Origin: Burkholderiales bacterium
GTDB taxonomy: Bacteria; Pseudomonadota; Gammaproteobacteria; Burkholderiales; SG8-41
DNA: 64,000 nt
Assembly (NCBI GenBank): GCA_046313915.1
Contig: JBKBXX010000002.1
Location: forward strand, 14,449 to 78,448
Direction: 5' to 3'
The translations under genes were made by a program, and so were the position numbers. Below the pieces are notes generated by a model. It made no database searches and was not told the DNA's origin. It worked only from the letters and a program-made list of their open reading frames with translations. Each line of letters begins with the position of its first letter. The first letter of the stretch is position 1. Shown piece by piece: positions 17,838 through 27,287 of the stretch.

Positions 17838-17970
17838 CGGCCTGTCGCGTGGATTCCTGGCAGGAACTTCGGCGCGCTGCGAGGCGGGGCGGCGCGGGCG
17901 GGCGCCCGCATGCGTGAGGCGCTTTGCGCTTCGTTCTCCCGGCTCATTTTCGCTCAGGAGGAAACGACGG

Positions 17971-18279
17971 ATGGAAAATCTCACGACCCAACAGCTTGCC
18001 GAGCTTCTGGTCGGCATCGCCCGCGCCCAGCAGGCGGTCATCGATGCCGTGGAAAGCGCGAAGCCGGGTTTCAAAATGACGCATCTCGCGCCGGTGCTGC
18101 AAAGCGCGGCGAAGCTGCGCAACGTCAATCACGTCGCAACGTTGACCGACCTGCCGGCGCGCGTGCTGTTGCAGTGCCAGGGGCGGGTCGGCCCCGATGT
18201 CGCACAGGTGGCGCGTGATCTCGGGGAAATGCTCGCGGCCTGCCCGCCGCCGCACCCCGCTGCGCGCGGCACGGGCTGA
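17971..18279 (+). CDS. Hypothetical protein (102 aa)
   Basis: CAGGAGG precedes ATG 17971 (MENLTTQQLAELLVGIARAQQ...). No family recognised. Coding status rests on the RBS and on lying between neighbouring genes. Confidence 0.4.
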   Translation: MENLTTQQLAELLVGIARAQQAVIDAVESAKPGFKMTHLAPVLQSAAKLRNVNHVATLTDLPARVLLQCQGRVGPDVAQVARDLGEMLAACPPPHPAARGTG

Positions 18280-18318
18280 AAGCGGGCCGCGGCTTGCCGC
18301 TGCGGTTGCGCTGCGCTC

Positions 18319-19086
18319 TCAAGCCCCGCTTGCGGCAGCGGCCGGTCCGCACACCGCGCACGCCGGGTCCTTCTGCAGCCGGAGGGTGCGGATCTGCATG
18401 GTGAGCGCGTCGATCAGCAGCAGCCTTCCGGTGAGCGTTTCGCCGATGCCGGCGAGCAGTTTCAGCGCTTCTGCCGCCTGCATCGAGCCGATGATGCCGA
18501 CCAGCGGCGCGAACACTCCCATCACGGCGCAGCGCACGTCTTCGTGGTCGCCGTGTTCCGGAAACAGGCAGTGGTAGCACGGCGCCTGCGGGCTGCGCAT
18601 GTCGAACACCGCGAGCTGGCCGTCGAAGCGCACGCCCGCGCCCGACACCAGCGGTTTGCGCAGCCTGACGCAGGCGCGGTTGACGGCGTGGCGGGTGGCG
18701 AAGTTGTCGCTGCCGTCGAGCACCACGTCGGCCTGCGCCACGAGCGCCTCGAGCCGCGGGCCCGCGACCCGCTCGGCGAGCGCCGTCACCTCGACTTCGG
18801 GATTGATGCCGGCGAGCGTGGCCCTGGCCGATTCGACTTTCTTTTTGCCGATCGCTTCGGTGCGGTGCACGATCTGACGCTGCAGATTGGTGAGATCGAC
18901 CGCGTCGCCGTCGCAGATCGTCAGGTGGCCGACGCCGGCCGCGGCGAGATAGAGCGCGACGGGCGAACCCAGTCCGCCGGCGCCGATGATGAGCGCATGC
19001 GCGCCGAGAAATCTCCGCTGGCCTTCGATGCCGATTTCGGGCAGCAGGATATGACGGCTGTAGCGCAGCAGCTGGTCGTCGTTCAT
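18319..19086 (-). CDS. moeB: Molybdopterin-synthase adenylyltransferase MoeB (ThiF/MoeB family)
   Basis: YSRHILLPEIGIEGQRRF...IIGAGGLGSPVALYLAAAGVG...DLTNLQRQ, plus CxxC pairs (PCYHC, CAVCG). Confidence 0.88.
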   Translation of the reverse strand: MNDDQLLRYSRHILLPEIGIEGQRRFLGAHALIIGAGGLGSPVALYLAAAGVGHLTICDGDAVDLTNLQRQIVHRTEAIGKKKVESARATLAGINPEVEVTALAERVAGPRLEALVAQADVVLDGSDNFATRHAVNRACVRLRKPLVSGAGVRFDGQLAVFDMRSPQAPCYHCLFPEHGDHEDVRCAVMGVFAPLVGIIGSMQAAEALKLLAGIGETLTGRLLLIDALTMQIRTLRLQKDPACAVCGPAAAASGA

Positions 19087-19120
19087 GGCGCGCCTAACTT
19101 AAACCGATTCGCAGTGGTTG

Positions 19121-19154
19121 TAAAACGCGAACGCCCGGGCTTGCGCCGGGCGTT
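19121..19154 (-). terminator. Rho-independent terminator candidate after ctp (minus strand)
   Basis: AACGCCCGG (19130-19138) pairs with CCGGGCGTT (19146-19154), a 9-bp stem. On the minus strand it is followed by CGCGTTTTAC. Confidence 0.5.
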
Positions 19155-19177
19155 CACCGGGCCGCGCGCGCCGCGCG

Positions 19178-20593
19178 TCAGTTGGTTCTGGTGGCGCTGC
19201 GGCTTTTGAGAAACGCGATTGCCTGGTTGAGCTCGTAGTCGTTCTTGGAAACGACTTCGCCGGGCTCGGGCCTGAGCAGTTTCTCGTCGAGGTCTTTGGG
19301 CCGCGGCGCGGGCGTGAAGTCGAATTGCTTCGGCGCGGCGGCCGCGGTTTTGTCCGCTTCCTGCTTGTTGTCGGTCAGGTGCTTGGTGAGATCGGCTTCC
19401 TTGAGCTTGAGACCCGCGGTTTTGTCCGCGGTGCCGTCGTCGAGCACGATGTCGGGCGTGATGCCCTTCGCCTGGATCGAGCGGCCGTTGGGCGTGAAGT
19501 AGCGCGCCGTGGTGAGCTTGATCGCGGTGTTGTTGCCGAGCGGCAATATGGTCTGCACCGAGCCCTTGCCGAAAGTCTGCTGGCCCATCACCACCGCGCG
19601 TTTGTGGTCCTGCAGCGCGCCGGCGACGATTTCCGAGGCGGAAGCCGAGCCGCCGTTGACCAGCACCACCATCGGCACCGTGCGGCTTTCCGGCGGCAGT
19701 TTGCGGATGTAGTCTTCCTGGGCGCGGCCGCGCAGATAGTTTTCAGGCGTGGCGTGCAGCCGCATTTTCGAATCCTCGGTGCGGCCGTCGGTATAGACCA
19801 CCAGCGCATTGTGTGGCAGGAACGCGGCCGACACCGCGACCGCGCCGTTCAACAGGCCGCCGGGGTCGTTGCGCAGATCGAGCACGATGCCTTTCATCCG
19901 GCCCTGGTTCTGCCTGAACAGCGCGTCTATCGCTTTCGCCAGGGTCTCGCCGGTGTGTTCCTGGAACTGGCTCACGCGGAAATAGGCGTAACCCGGCTCG
20001 AGCAGCTTGGATTTGACGCTCTGGATCTTGATCACGGCGCGCGTCAGCGTGACGACGATCGGCTTGGGTTCGCCCTTGCGCACGATGGTGAGCGTGATTT
20101 GCGTGTTGGGTCTGCCGCGCATGCGTTTCACCGCGTCGTTCAGCGTCATGCCCTTGACCGAGGTCTCGTCGAGTTTGACGACGAGATCGCCCGGCTTGAG
20201 GCCGGCGCGCGCCGCCGGCGAATCGTCGATCGGCGACACGACCTTGACGAAACCGTCCTCCATGCCGACCTCAATGCCGAGTCCGCCGAATTCGCCCTGG
20301 GTGCCGACCTGCAGTTCCTTGAACGCTTCCTGGTCGAGATAGGCGGAATGCGGATCGAGGCCGGTCAGCATGCCGTTGATGGCTTCGGTGATGAGTTTCT
20401 TGTCCTCCACCGGCTCGACGTAGTCGTTTTTGACCCTGCCGAACACCTCGGTGAAGGTGCGCAGTTCCTCGATCGGCAAGGGCAGCGCGGTTTCTTTCTG
20501 CGCCACCGCGGAAAAGTTGAGGCTGATCGCAACCCCCATCAGCACGCCGATGGCGATCAATCCGAATTGTTGCAGTTTATTGCGTTTGCTCAT
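19178..20593 (-). CDS. Carboxy-terminal processing protease (S41 family, Ctp/Prc-like)
   Basis: N-terminal anchor, PDZ region (GGLGIEVGMEDGFVKVVSPIDDSPAARAGLKPGDLV) and catalytic region (VLVNGGSASASEIVAGALQD...GKGSVQ). Confidence 0.95.
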   Translation of the reverse strand: MSKRNKLQQFGLIAIGVLMGVAISLNFSAVAQKETALPLPIEELRTFTEVFGRVKNDYVEPVEDKKLITEAINGMLTGLDPHSAYLDQEAFKELQVGTQGEFGGLGIEVGMEDGFVKVVSPIDDSPAARAGLKPGDLVVKLDETSVKGMTLNDAVKRMRGRPNTQITLTIVRKGEPKPIVVTLTRAVIKIQSVKSKLLEPGYAYFRVSQFQEHTGETLAKAIDALFRQNQGRMKGIVLDLRNDPGGLLNGAVAVSAAFLPHNALVVYTDGRTEDSKMRLHATPENYLRGRAQEDYIRKLPPESRTVPMVVLVNGGSASASEIVAGALQDHKRAVVMGQQTFGKGSVQTILPLGNNTAIKLTTARYFTPNGRSIQAKGITPDIVLDDGTADKTAGLKLKEADLTKHLTDNKQEADKTAAAAPKQFDFTPAPRPKDLDEKLLRPEPGEVVSKNDYELNQAIAFLKSRSATRTN

Positions 20594-20633
20594 ACATACC
20601 CCAAAAACCCAAGTTAAATAAATGGGTTATTAA

Positions 20634-21857
20634 TTAGCTCCCGGTCCCGTCCGGGGTTTTCTGCCGTTCCATCCAGCCCAGCGGATCGAAAGGCCTGCCT
20701 TGATGGCGGATCTCGAAGTATAAACCCGAATCGCTGTTGCCGCCGCTGCTGCCTACCGCGGCTACGGTTTCGCCGCCGCGCACCGGATCGCCGACCCGCT
20801 TGTAGAGCGTCTCGTTGTTGCCGTAGAGGCTCAGGTAGCTGTCGCCGTGGTCGATGATCAGGAGATTGCCGAACCCCCTCAGCCAGTCGGCGAAAACCAC
20901 ACGGCCGGCGGCGATGGCGCGCACTTCCTCGCCGGCACGCGAGGCGATGAACAATCCTTTCCACGTCAAACCGCCGTCGGAACGTGGACTGCCGAAACGG
21001 TTGCCGAGTTCCCCCCGCACCGGCAGCCTCAGCTTGCCCTTGAGCTGCTGGAAAGGACTGTCGTCATTCGACCGGTCGGGCACGCTTTCGTTCCTGAGGC
21101 GGGGCGCGGAGGACGGACGGGAAGACGAGCGCGCGACGATTTTGCCGAGCTGCTCGACCAGGCGCGTGAGCCGGTTCTCGTCGCGTCTCAGGGTGTTGAT
21201 TTCGCGTTTCTGCTTCTGGATGTCGCGCGAAATCCTGGCCAGCACTTCGCTGCGCGCGCGTTTTTCCCGTTCCAGGCGCTGTTTCTGCGCGCTCTGCTCG
21301 GCGGCGATCGCCGCCAGTTCGGCGGTTTTTTGCTCGGTTTCCTCGGCCAGCTCCCGCAGTTGGGCGAGACGGGCGCGCAGGCCGCCGATCAGCTCGGCGC
21401 GGGCGCGTGCGATATGACCGAAATAATGCAGGCGGCGCGCAGTCTGGTTGGGATCGTCACCGTTCAGCAGCAGTCGCAACGGTTCCACCGCGCCGCCCAG
21501 GTATTGCCGGTAGAGCAGTCTCGCAAGCAATTCCTGCTGCGCCTTGGCGGCGGCTTCGTGCACGCGCGACGCCTCGCGCAGCTCGGCGAGCCGCTGGCGG
21601 GCGTCGCGCGCCTGCTGCGCGAGCTCGCGCAGCTTGCGGCTCGCGTCCGAGATCGCGCGTTCCGATTCCTTGAGCGCGTCGGCGGTCTCGCTCCTGATTT
21701 CCTCGGCGCCGGCGAGCCGTTGCTGCAGGGCTTCGATCCTGTCGCGCAGCTCGCGCAGGTCTTCGCGGGCGCGCGTCGCGGAAGGCGCAGCCGCCGCCAC
21801 GGCGACGCCGGTGGCGAGCAGCACGAAGAGCGCGATGGCGGGCAGGCCGCGGCTCAC
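20634..21857 (-). CDS. Murein hydrolase activator EnvC-like, coiled-coil plus M23 peptidase domain
   Basis: Long coiled coil ([18 protein letters not shown]...) and a C-terminal M23/LytM domain ([46 protein letters not shown]). Start taken at GTG 21857, which overlaps the gpmI stop (GTGA). The longer track ORF overlaps gpmI. Confidence 0.82.
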   Translation of the reverse strand: MSRGLPAIALFVLLATGVAVAAAAPSATRAREDLRELRDRIEALQQRLAGAEEIRSETADALKESERAISDASRKLRELAQQARDARQRLAELREASRVHEAAAKAQQELLARLLYRQYLGGAVEPLRLLLNGDDPNQTARRLHYFGHIARARAELIGGLRARLAQLRELAEETEQKTAELAAIAAEQSAQKQRLEREKRARSEVLARISRDIQKQKREINTLRRDENRLTRLVEQLGKIVARSSSRPSSAPRLRNESVPDRSNDDSPFQQLKGKLRLPVRGELGNRFGSPRSDGGLTWKGLFIASRAGEEVRAIAAGRVVFADWLRGFGNLLIIDHGDSYLSLYGNNETLYKRVGDPVRGGETVAAVGSSGGNSDSGLYFEIRHQGRPFDPLGWMERQKTPDGTGS

Positions 21858-23398
21858 GTGAAGCTGAGCAGGGACCTGCCGGTCATCTCCGGCGGCTGCG
21901 GCAAGCCCATCATGGCGAGCAGGGTCGGCGCGATGTCCTGCAGCGCGCCGCGCCCGGCGATGCGCGCCGGCCGGCCGACGTACAGCAGCGGCACCAGGTT
22001 CAGCGTATGCGCGGTGTGCGGCTGGCGGGTCTCGGGATCGAGCATGGTCTCGGCGTTGCCGTGATCGGCGGTGATCAGCACTTCGCCGCCGCGCTCGCGC
22101 ATCGCGGCGACCGCCTTGCCCACGCACTCGTCGAGCACTTCGATGGCGCGGATCGCGGCGGCGAGATTGCCGGTATGGCCGACCATGTCGCCGTTGGCGT
22201 AGTTGCAGACGATGGCGTCGTATTTGCCGCTCTGGATGGCGGCGACCAGTTTGGCGGTGACTTCATGGGCGCTCATCTCGGGCTTGAGATCGTAGGTCGC
22301 GACCTTGGGCGAAGGCACCAGCACGCGATCCTCGCCGGGGTAGGGTGTTTCCACGCCGCCGTTGAAAAAATAGGTGACATGCGCATACTTCTCGGTTTCG
22401 GCGATGCGCAGCTGCTTCAGGCCGTGGCTTGCGAGGTATTCGCCGAAGCCGTTGCGGATGCTCTGGGGCGGAAACGCCGCCGGCAGATGCGCGAAATCCT
22501 CGCCGTAGCTGGTGAGCGTGCAGAAATAACCGAGTTCGGGCAGGCGGGCGCGCTCGAAACCGTCGAACGCGGCATCGGTCAACGCCCGCGTCAGTTGCCG
22601 TGCGCGGTCGGCGCGGAAATTCATGAACACCACGGCGTCGCCGTCGTTCATGCGCGCCGGCTGCCCGCCCGCCGGCACGATGGCGGTCGCCTTGACGAAC
22701 TCGTCGGATTCGCCGCGCGCGTAAGCGGCGTGCAGGCCTTCGAGCGCGGATTTTGCCGTGAACGCGGCGCGGCCTTCGACGAGCAGCCCGTAGGCCGGCG
22801 CCACGCGTTCCCAGCGCCGGTCGCGATCCATCGCGTAATAGCGGCCGCAGATCGAAACGATGCGGCCGGCGCCCAGCGCATCGCATTTCGTCTGCAGCGC
22901 GGCGAGCGAGGCTGCGGCGCTGCGGGGCGGGGTATCGCGCCCGTCGAGAAAGGCGTGCAGGCGGATGTCGGCGACGCCGTTGCGGGCGGCCATTTCGAGC
23001 ATCGCGTGGATCTGCGATTCATGGCTGTGCACGCCGCCGGGCGAGAGCAGTCCCAGAATGTGCAGCGCGCCGCCGCGCGCGACCTCCACCGCTTTGCCCA
23101 GCACCGGGTTTTGCAGGAACTCGCCGCTTTCGATCGCGTTCTCGATCTTGGTGTAGTCCTGGTAGATAACGCGGCCGGCGCCGATGTTCATGTGGCCGAC
23201 CTCGGAGTTGCCCATCTGGGCCGCGGGCAGCCCCACCCATTTTTCGGAAGCGTCGATGGTGGTATGGGGGCAGCTCTGCCACAGCGCATCCCAGTGCGGC
23301 TTGCGCGCGAGGCAGATCGCGTTGTGATCGCATTCCTCGCGATAGCCGAAACCGTCGAGTATGATCAGCAGCACCTTGTTCAACTTCATGTTTTTCAT
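21854..23398 (-). CDS. gpmI: 2,3-bisphosphoglycerate-independent phosphoglycerate mutase
   Basis: [13 protein letters not shown]...[13 protein letters not shown]...[14 protein letters not shown]...ITADHGNAE. Start taken at the internal ATG (MKNMKLNK). Confidence 0.96.
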   Translation of the reverse strand: MKNMKLNKVLLIILDGFGYREECDHNAICLARKPHWDALWQSCPHTTIDASEKWVGLPAAQMGNSEVGHMNIGAGRVIYQDYTKIENAIESGEFLQNPVLGKAVEVARGGALHILGLLSPGGVHSHESQIHAMLEMAARNGVADIRLHAFLDGRDTPPRSAAASLAALQTKCDALGAGRIVSICGRYYAMDRDRRWERVAPAYGLLVEGRAAFTAKSALEGLHAAYARGESDEFVKATAIVPAGGQPARMNDGDAVVFMNFRADRARQLTRALTDAAFDGFERARLPELGYFCTLTSYGEDFAHLPAAFPPQSIRNGFGEYLASHGLKQLRIAETEKYAHVTYFFNGGVETPYPGEDRVLVPSPKVATYDLKPEMSAHEVTAKLVAAIQSGKYDAIVCNYANGDMVGHTGNLAAAIRAIEVLDECVGKAVAAMRERGGEVLITADHGNAETMLDPETRQPHTAHTLNLVPLLYVGRPARIAGRGALQDIAPTLLAMMGLPQPPEMTGRSLLSFT

Positions 23399-23425
23399 GC
23401 ATTTCTCTTGGTGGTCGAGGTCATG

Positions 23426-23449
23426 TATAATTTCAGCATATTTTGAAAT
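23426..23449 (+). promoter_or_regulatory. Perfect TATAAT -10 hexamer overlapping an AT-rich inverted repeat (candidate ArsR-type operator) upstream of the ArsR-rhodanese-grxC genes
   Basis: TATAAT at 23426-23431. ATTTCA (23430-23435), N8, TGAAAT (23444-23449). It lies 36 nt upstream of ATG 23485. Confidence 0.4.
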
Positions 23450-23484
23450 GCGCCGGGCCCGCCCGGCAGGCACAGGAATACATT

Positions 23485-23841
23485 ATGACCGCACTCGTAC
23501 CCCGCGTGAACGACGGCAAGGACAACAAGGCGGTGCGCGCCGCGCTGATCGAAAAAGAGGAGCACATCGAACAGGCTTCGCGCGCGCTCAAGGCGATGTC
23601 GCATCCGCTGCGGCTGAAAATCCTGTGCATGCTCGGCGACCAGGAGGCGAGCGTGCAGGACATCGTCGAGTGCGTCGGCACTTCCCAAAGCAATATTTCC
23701 CAGCATCTCGCCATTTTGCGCGAGAAAGGCGTGCTGCGCACCCGCAAGGACGCCAATCGCGTTTTTTACCGCGTCGGCGACGAACGCACGCTGACCCTGA
23801 TCGGCATGATGCGCGAAGTGTTCTGCGGCATTCCGGAATAG
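23485..23841 (+). CDS. ArsR/SmtB family transcriptional regulator (two-Cys, BigR/SqrR/YgaV-like arrangement)
   Basis: LKAMSHPLRLKILCMLGDQEASVQDIVECVGTSQSNISQHLAILREKGVL is a wHTH region. A Cys sits in the helix-2 LCML and a Cys near the C-terminus (EVFCG). Confidence 0.88.
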   Translation: MTALVPRVNDGKDNKAVRAALIEKEEHIEQASRALKAMSHPLRLKILCMLGDQEASVQDIVECVGTSQSNISQHLAILREKGVLRTRKDANRVFYRVGDERTLTLIGMMREVFCGIPE

Positions 23842-23877
23842 TCAGTCACACGGGCGCAAGGCGCAGGAGTCTCAATT

Positions 23878-24312
23878 TTGGAGCAGTTTCTGGTCTTTCT
23901 GCAGAAAAATCCGTTGCATCTGGTCTTGTTCGGCACCGCGGTGATCACCGGCGGCATGCTGCTGTGGCCGCTGATCAACCGCGTGTCGCGCCCCGGCAAC
24001 GAAGTCGGCGTGACGGACGCGGTGCAGCTGATCAACCGCCGCGACGCGGTGGTGCTCGACGTTCGGGAAAACGACGAGTACGCGGGCGGCCACATCGCCA
24101 ATTCCCGCCATATTCCGCTCGCGCAGCTCGGCGGGCGCATCAAGGAGCTGGAGAAATTCAGGACGCGGCCCGTCATCATCTGCTGCCGCAGCGGCAGCCG
24201 GGCGGCAGCCGCGATCGATGTCCTGCGCAAAAACGGTTTCAACGAAGCGGTCATGTTGCGCGGTGGCATCTCTGCATGGCAGCAGGCCGGCATGCCGCTG
24301 GAGAAAAAATGA
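23878..24312 (+). CDS. Rhodanese-like domain protein with N-terminal membrane anchor (YibN-like)
   Basis: An N-terminal TM segment (LVLFGTAVITGGMLLW) is followed by VVLDVRENDEYAGGHIANSRHIP...PVIICCRSGSRAAAAIDVL (active-site CRSGSR loop). TTG start. Confidence 0.87.
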   Translation: MEQFLVFLQKNPLHLVLFGTAVITGGMLLWPLINRVSRPGNEVGVTDAVQLINRRDAVVLDVRENDEYAGGHIANSRHIPLAQLGGRIKELEKFRTRPVIICCRSGSRAAAAIDVLRKNGFNEAVMLRGGISAWQQAGMPLEKK

Positions 24313-24575
24313 TGGCGAAAGTGCGCATGTACAGCACCGCGGTGTGCCCTTATTGTCAGAGGGCGGAGCAGCTGCTGCGCGCCAAGGGCGTGGCCGGCAT
24401 CGACAAGATCCGCGTCGACCTCGATTCCGCGAAGCGCGCTGAAATGATGGAAAAAACCGGTCGCCGCACGGTGCCGCAGATCTACATCGGCGACACCCAT
24501 GTCGGCGGCTACGACGAGCTCGCGGCGCTCGACCGCGCCGGCGATCTCGACAGGCTGCTCGCCGCCGCGGCGTGA
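24309..24575 (+). CDS. grxC: Glutaredoxin 3
   Basis: MMAKVRMYSTAVCPYCQRAEQLL...RRTVPQIYIGDTHVGGYDEL. The ATG overlaps the rhodanese stop. Confidence 0.93.
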   Translation: MMAKVRMYSTAVCPYCQRAEQLLRAKGVAGIDKIRVDLDSAKRAEMMEKTGRRTVPQIYIGDTHVGGYDELAALDRAGDLDRLLAAAA

Positions 24576-24604
24576 GCCGGCAACGAAAATCCACAGGAAT
24601 GCCC

Positions 24605-25066
24605 ATGAGCGAAGAACAGCAAGTGACGTTTGCCATCGAGAAGATTTACCTCAAGGATGCCTCCCTCGAAATCCCCAACGCGCCGCGGATTTTTCTCGAA
24701 ACCGAAAGCCCGCAGGTCGAGGTGAGCATCCACAACCAGGCGGCGGGAATAGAAGCCGGCCTCTACGACGTGGTGCTGACGGTCACCCTGACCGCAAAAG
24801 TCGGGGACAAGACGGTGTTTCTGGTCGAAGTCGCGCAGGCCGGGATTTTCCAGATCCACAACGTGCCCGCGGCCGATCTCGAGCCGGTGCTCGGCATCGC
24901 GTGTCCGGGCATCCTGCTGCCGTACGCGCGTGAAGCGGTATCGAGCATGGTGCAGCGCGCCGGTTTCCCGCCGGTGGTGCTGCAGCACATGAATTTCGAG
25001 GCGCTCTATCACCAGCGCCTGCAGCAACAGCAGCAGAACGAGGCGCCTCCCGCGGTTGCCCATTAG
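24605..25066 (+). CDS. secB: Protein-export chaperone SecB
   Basis: FAIEKIYLKDASLEIPNAP...VFLVEVAQAGIFQI...CPGILLPYAREAVSSMVQRAGFPPVVLQHMNFEALY. Confidence 0.95.
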   Translation: MSEEQQVTFAIEKIYLKDASLEIPNAPRIFLETESPQVEVSIHNQAAGIEAGLYDVVLTVTLTAKVGDKTVFLVEVAQAGIFQIHNVPAADLEPVLGIACPGILLPYAREAVSSMVQRAGFPPVVLQHMNFEALYHQRLQQQQQNEAPPAVAH

Positions 25067-25514
25067 GGGAAAACCCGTGAGCCGCAGCCTGATCGGCGTG
25101 CTGATCGCGGCGTTTGCTGCGCCGGCGTGGGCGCTCGAATTCCGTTCGGTGGCGGAAAACGCCGCGGTGCTCTACGACGCGCCTTCGGTGAAGGCGAAAA
25201 AACTCTACATCGTCAACAGCGGTTATCCGGTCGAGGTCGTGGTGATGGTCGAAGGCTGGGCCAAGGTGCGCGACGCCGCCGGCGACCTCAGCTGGATCGA
25301 AAGCAGGCACTTGAGCGCGAGGCGCACGGTGATGGTCAGGGTGCCGCTCGCGCCGGTGCGGCAAAACGCCGATGACCAGGCACCCGTCGTGTTCCAGGCC
25401 CAGCAGAACGTGATCCTCGAACTGATCGAAGTCGCGAGCGGCGGCTGGCTGCAGGTCAGGCACGATGACGGCCAGAGCGGTTTCATCAAGGCGAGCCAGA
25501 TCTGGGGCGCGTGA
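25056..25514 (+). CDS. SH3 domain-containing secreted protein
   Basis: Signal peptide (SLIGVLIAAFAAPAWA) and two SH3-like segments (VLYDAPSVKAKKLYIVNSGYPVEVV..., VVFQAQQNVILELIE...GWLQVRHDDGQSGFI). The start could instead be GTG 25077 (after AGGGGA). Confidence 0.7.
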   Translation: MPIRGKPVSRSLIGVLIAAFAAPAWALEFRSVAENAAVLYDAPSVKAKKLYIVNSGYPVEVVVMVEGWAKVRDAAGDLSWIESRHLSARRTVMVRVPLAPVRQNADDQAPVVFQAQQNVILELIEVASGGWLQVRHDDGQSGFIKASQIWGA

Positions 25515-25547
25515 GGCGATGAAGGGTGGGCGCGTGAAGGACGCAGG

Positions 25548-26534
25548 GTGAGGATCGCCGTTCTGGGGGCGGGCGCCTGGGGCACCGCGATCGGCGTCCA
25601 TTTCGCTGCGCGCCACGAGGTCAGGCTGTGGGTGCGCGATGCCGCGCAATGCGCGGCGATCGAAGCCGCGCGCTGCAACGAACGCTATCTGCCGGGTTTC
25701 GCGCTGCCGCCTGCTTTGCGCGTGCTGAACGATTTCGCCGCCGCGATTGACGGCTGTGCGTTCGCGCTGGCGGCTGCGCCCGTCAGCGCGCTGCGCGAGA
25801 TTCTGCGGCGGCTGAAAAGCGCCGGCTGTGCCGCCCCCGTGATCTGGTTGTGCAAAGGCTTCGAAAAACAGCGCGCCTTGCTGCCGCACCAGGTTTGTGC
25901 GGAAGAGCTCGGCGCCGGCGCGCGCTGCGGCGTGCTCTCGGGACCCAGTTTCGCCGAGGAAGTCGCGCGCGGCCTGCCCACTGCGGTCACCCTCGCCGCG
26001 GACGATGCGGCTTTCGCGCGCGCCGCCGCGCAGCAGCTGCACAGCGCGACGCTGCGCATCTACTCCAGTGACGACGTGATCGGCGTCGAAGTCGCGGGGG
26101 CGGTCAAAAACGTGATGGCGATCGCCGCCGGCATCAGCGACGGGCTGAAGCTGGGTCTGAACGCGCGCGCCGCACTGATCACCCGCGGTCTTGCCGAAAT
26201 CACGCGCCTCGGCGTGAAGCTGGGGGGGCGCCCCGCGACATTCATGGGGCTTGCCGGCGTCGGCGATCTGATACTCACCTGCACCGGCGACTTGTCGCGC
26301 AACCGCCGCGTCGGGCTCGCGCTCGCGCAAGGCGTGCCGCTCGTGGAAATTCTCGCCGCGCTCGGCCATGCTGCCGAAGGCGTCGCTTCCGCGCACGAAG
26401 TCCTGCGGCTTGCCGCCGCGCTCGGCGTGGACATGCCGATTACGCAAGCCGTGTGCCGCGTGCTTGGCGATCCCGCTGCTGCCGCTTCCGCGGTGAGCGG
26501 GCTGCTGCAGCGCGAGCCGAAGACGGAATACTGA
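25548..26534 (+). CDS. gpsA: NAD(P)H-dependent glycerol-3-phosphate dehydrogenase
   Basis: RIAVLGAGAWGTAIG...SGPSFAEEVARGLPTAVTLA...GAVKNVMAIAAGISDGL...GDLILTCTGDLSRNRRVG. GTG start. Confidence 0.96.
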   Translation: MRIAVLGAGAWGTAIGVHFAARHEVRLWVRDAAQCAAIEAARCNERYLPGFALPPALRVLNDFAAAIDGCAFALAAAPVSALREILRRLKSAGCAAPVIWLCKGFEKQRALLPHQVCAEELGAGARCGVLSGPSFAEEVARGLPTAVTLAADDAAFARAAAQQLHSATLRIYSSDDVIGVEVAGAVKNVMAIAAGISDGLKLGLNARAALITRGLAEITRLGVKLGGRPATFMGLAGVGDLILTCTGDLSRNRRVGLALAQGVPLVEILAALGHAAEGVASAHEVLRLAAALGVDMPITQAVCRVLGDPAAAASAVSGLLQREPKTEY

Positions 26535-26557
26535 GGAAAACTCAATCACAGTAGCGG

Positions 26558-26720
26558 TCTTGTGGGAAAGGGCGTGTGGGAGCAGGTTTGTGGGAGCGGG
26601 CTTGCCCGCGACTGCGAGCGAAGGAAGTTCCTGTATCAGGGACAAGCCCCTATCCCACGATCTTGTGGGAGCGGGCCGCGCCCCGAAGAAAGTCCCTTGG
26701 GGGCGTGACTGCGAGTGGCA
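26558..26720. repeat. REP/REPIN-like repeat cluster (GTGGGAGCGGGC...GACTGCGAG units) between the convergent gpsA and trmL genes
   Basis: GTGGGA occurs at 26562, 26576, 26590 and 26665. The inverted TCCCAC is at 26653. 26590-26658 is an inverted pair (GTGGGAGCGGGCTTG ... CAAGCCCCTATCCCAC). GACTGCGAG is repeated at 26610 and 26707. Confidence 0.7.
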
Positions 26721-26722
26721 CT

Positions 26723-27187
26723 CTAGACGCCACCTGGAAAGCCGAGTTGCCGCCACGCTTCGTAGACGACGATGGCGACCGTGTTTGCAAGATTGAGGCT
26801 GCGGTTTCGTTCGCGCATCGGCACCCGGATGCGCTGCGCCGTCGCAAAGGTATCGAGCACTTCGGACGGCAGACCGCGGGTTTCGGAGCCGAACACGAAC
26901 ACATCGCCGGCGCGATAGCGTGGCACGTCGTGGCGCTGTGCACCCTGGGTGGTCACGGCGTACATGCGCCGCCCGCCGAAAAAGTCGCGACACGCCTCCC
27001 AGTCGGCGTGCACGCGCACCGCGGCGAGCTCGTGATAATCGAGGCCGGCGCGCCGCAATTGCCGGTCGCGCAGCGAAAAACCCAGCGGCCTCACCAGATG
27101 CAGCCGGCTGCCGCTGTTGGCGCACAGGCGGATCGCATTGCCGCTATTGGGCGGGATTTCGGGTTCGTAGAGCACGACTTCGAACAT
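26723..27187 (-). CDS. trmL: tRNA (cytidine/uridine(34)-2'-O)-methyltransferase TrmL (SpoU family)
   Basis: MFEVVLYEPEIPPNSGNAIRLCANSGSRLHLV...LDYHE...VFVFGSETRGLP...RIPM...RSLNLANTVAIVVYEAWRQ. Confidence 0.93.
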   Translation of the reverse strand: MFEVVLYEPEIPPNSGNAIRLCANSGSRLHLVRPLGFSLRDRQLRRAGLDYHELAAVRVHADWEACRDFFGGRRMYAVTTQGAQRHDVPRYRAGDVFVFGSETRGLPSEVLDTFATAQRIRVPMRERNRSLNLANTVAIVVYEAWRQLGFPGGV

Positions 27188-27287
27188 GGTTTGGCTTGTG
27201 GTTTGGCCGGAAAAAAGTTATTGTCCCAAATCAAGAGGATACATGATACTCGTCACCTGCCACGTAAAAATGAAGCGAGGTTGAGAC

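Noticed and set aside
26558-26720. Possible CRISPR array
   Set aside because: The repeat units are irregularly spaced, partly inverted and only about 15-25 nt long. There are no uniform spacers and no cas genes, so it is better explained as REP/REPIN.
24783-27125. 780-aa minus-strand ORF
   Set aside because: It runs antisense through secB, the SH3 gene and gpsA, then across the REP cluster into trmL. No real gene would span those boundaries, and the composition is a GC-frame artefact.
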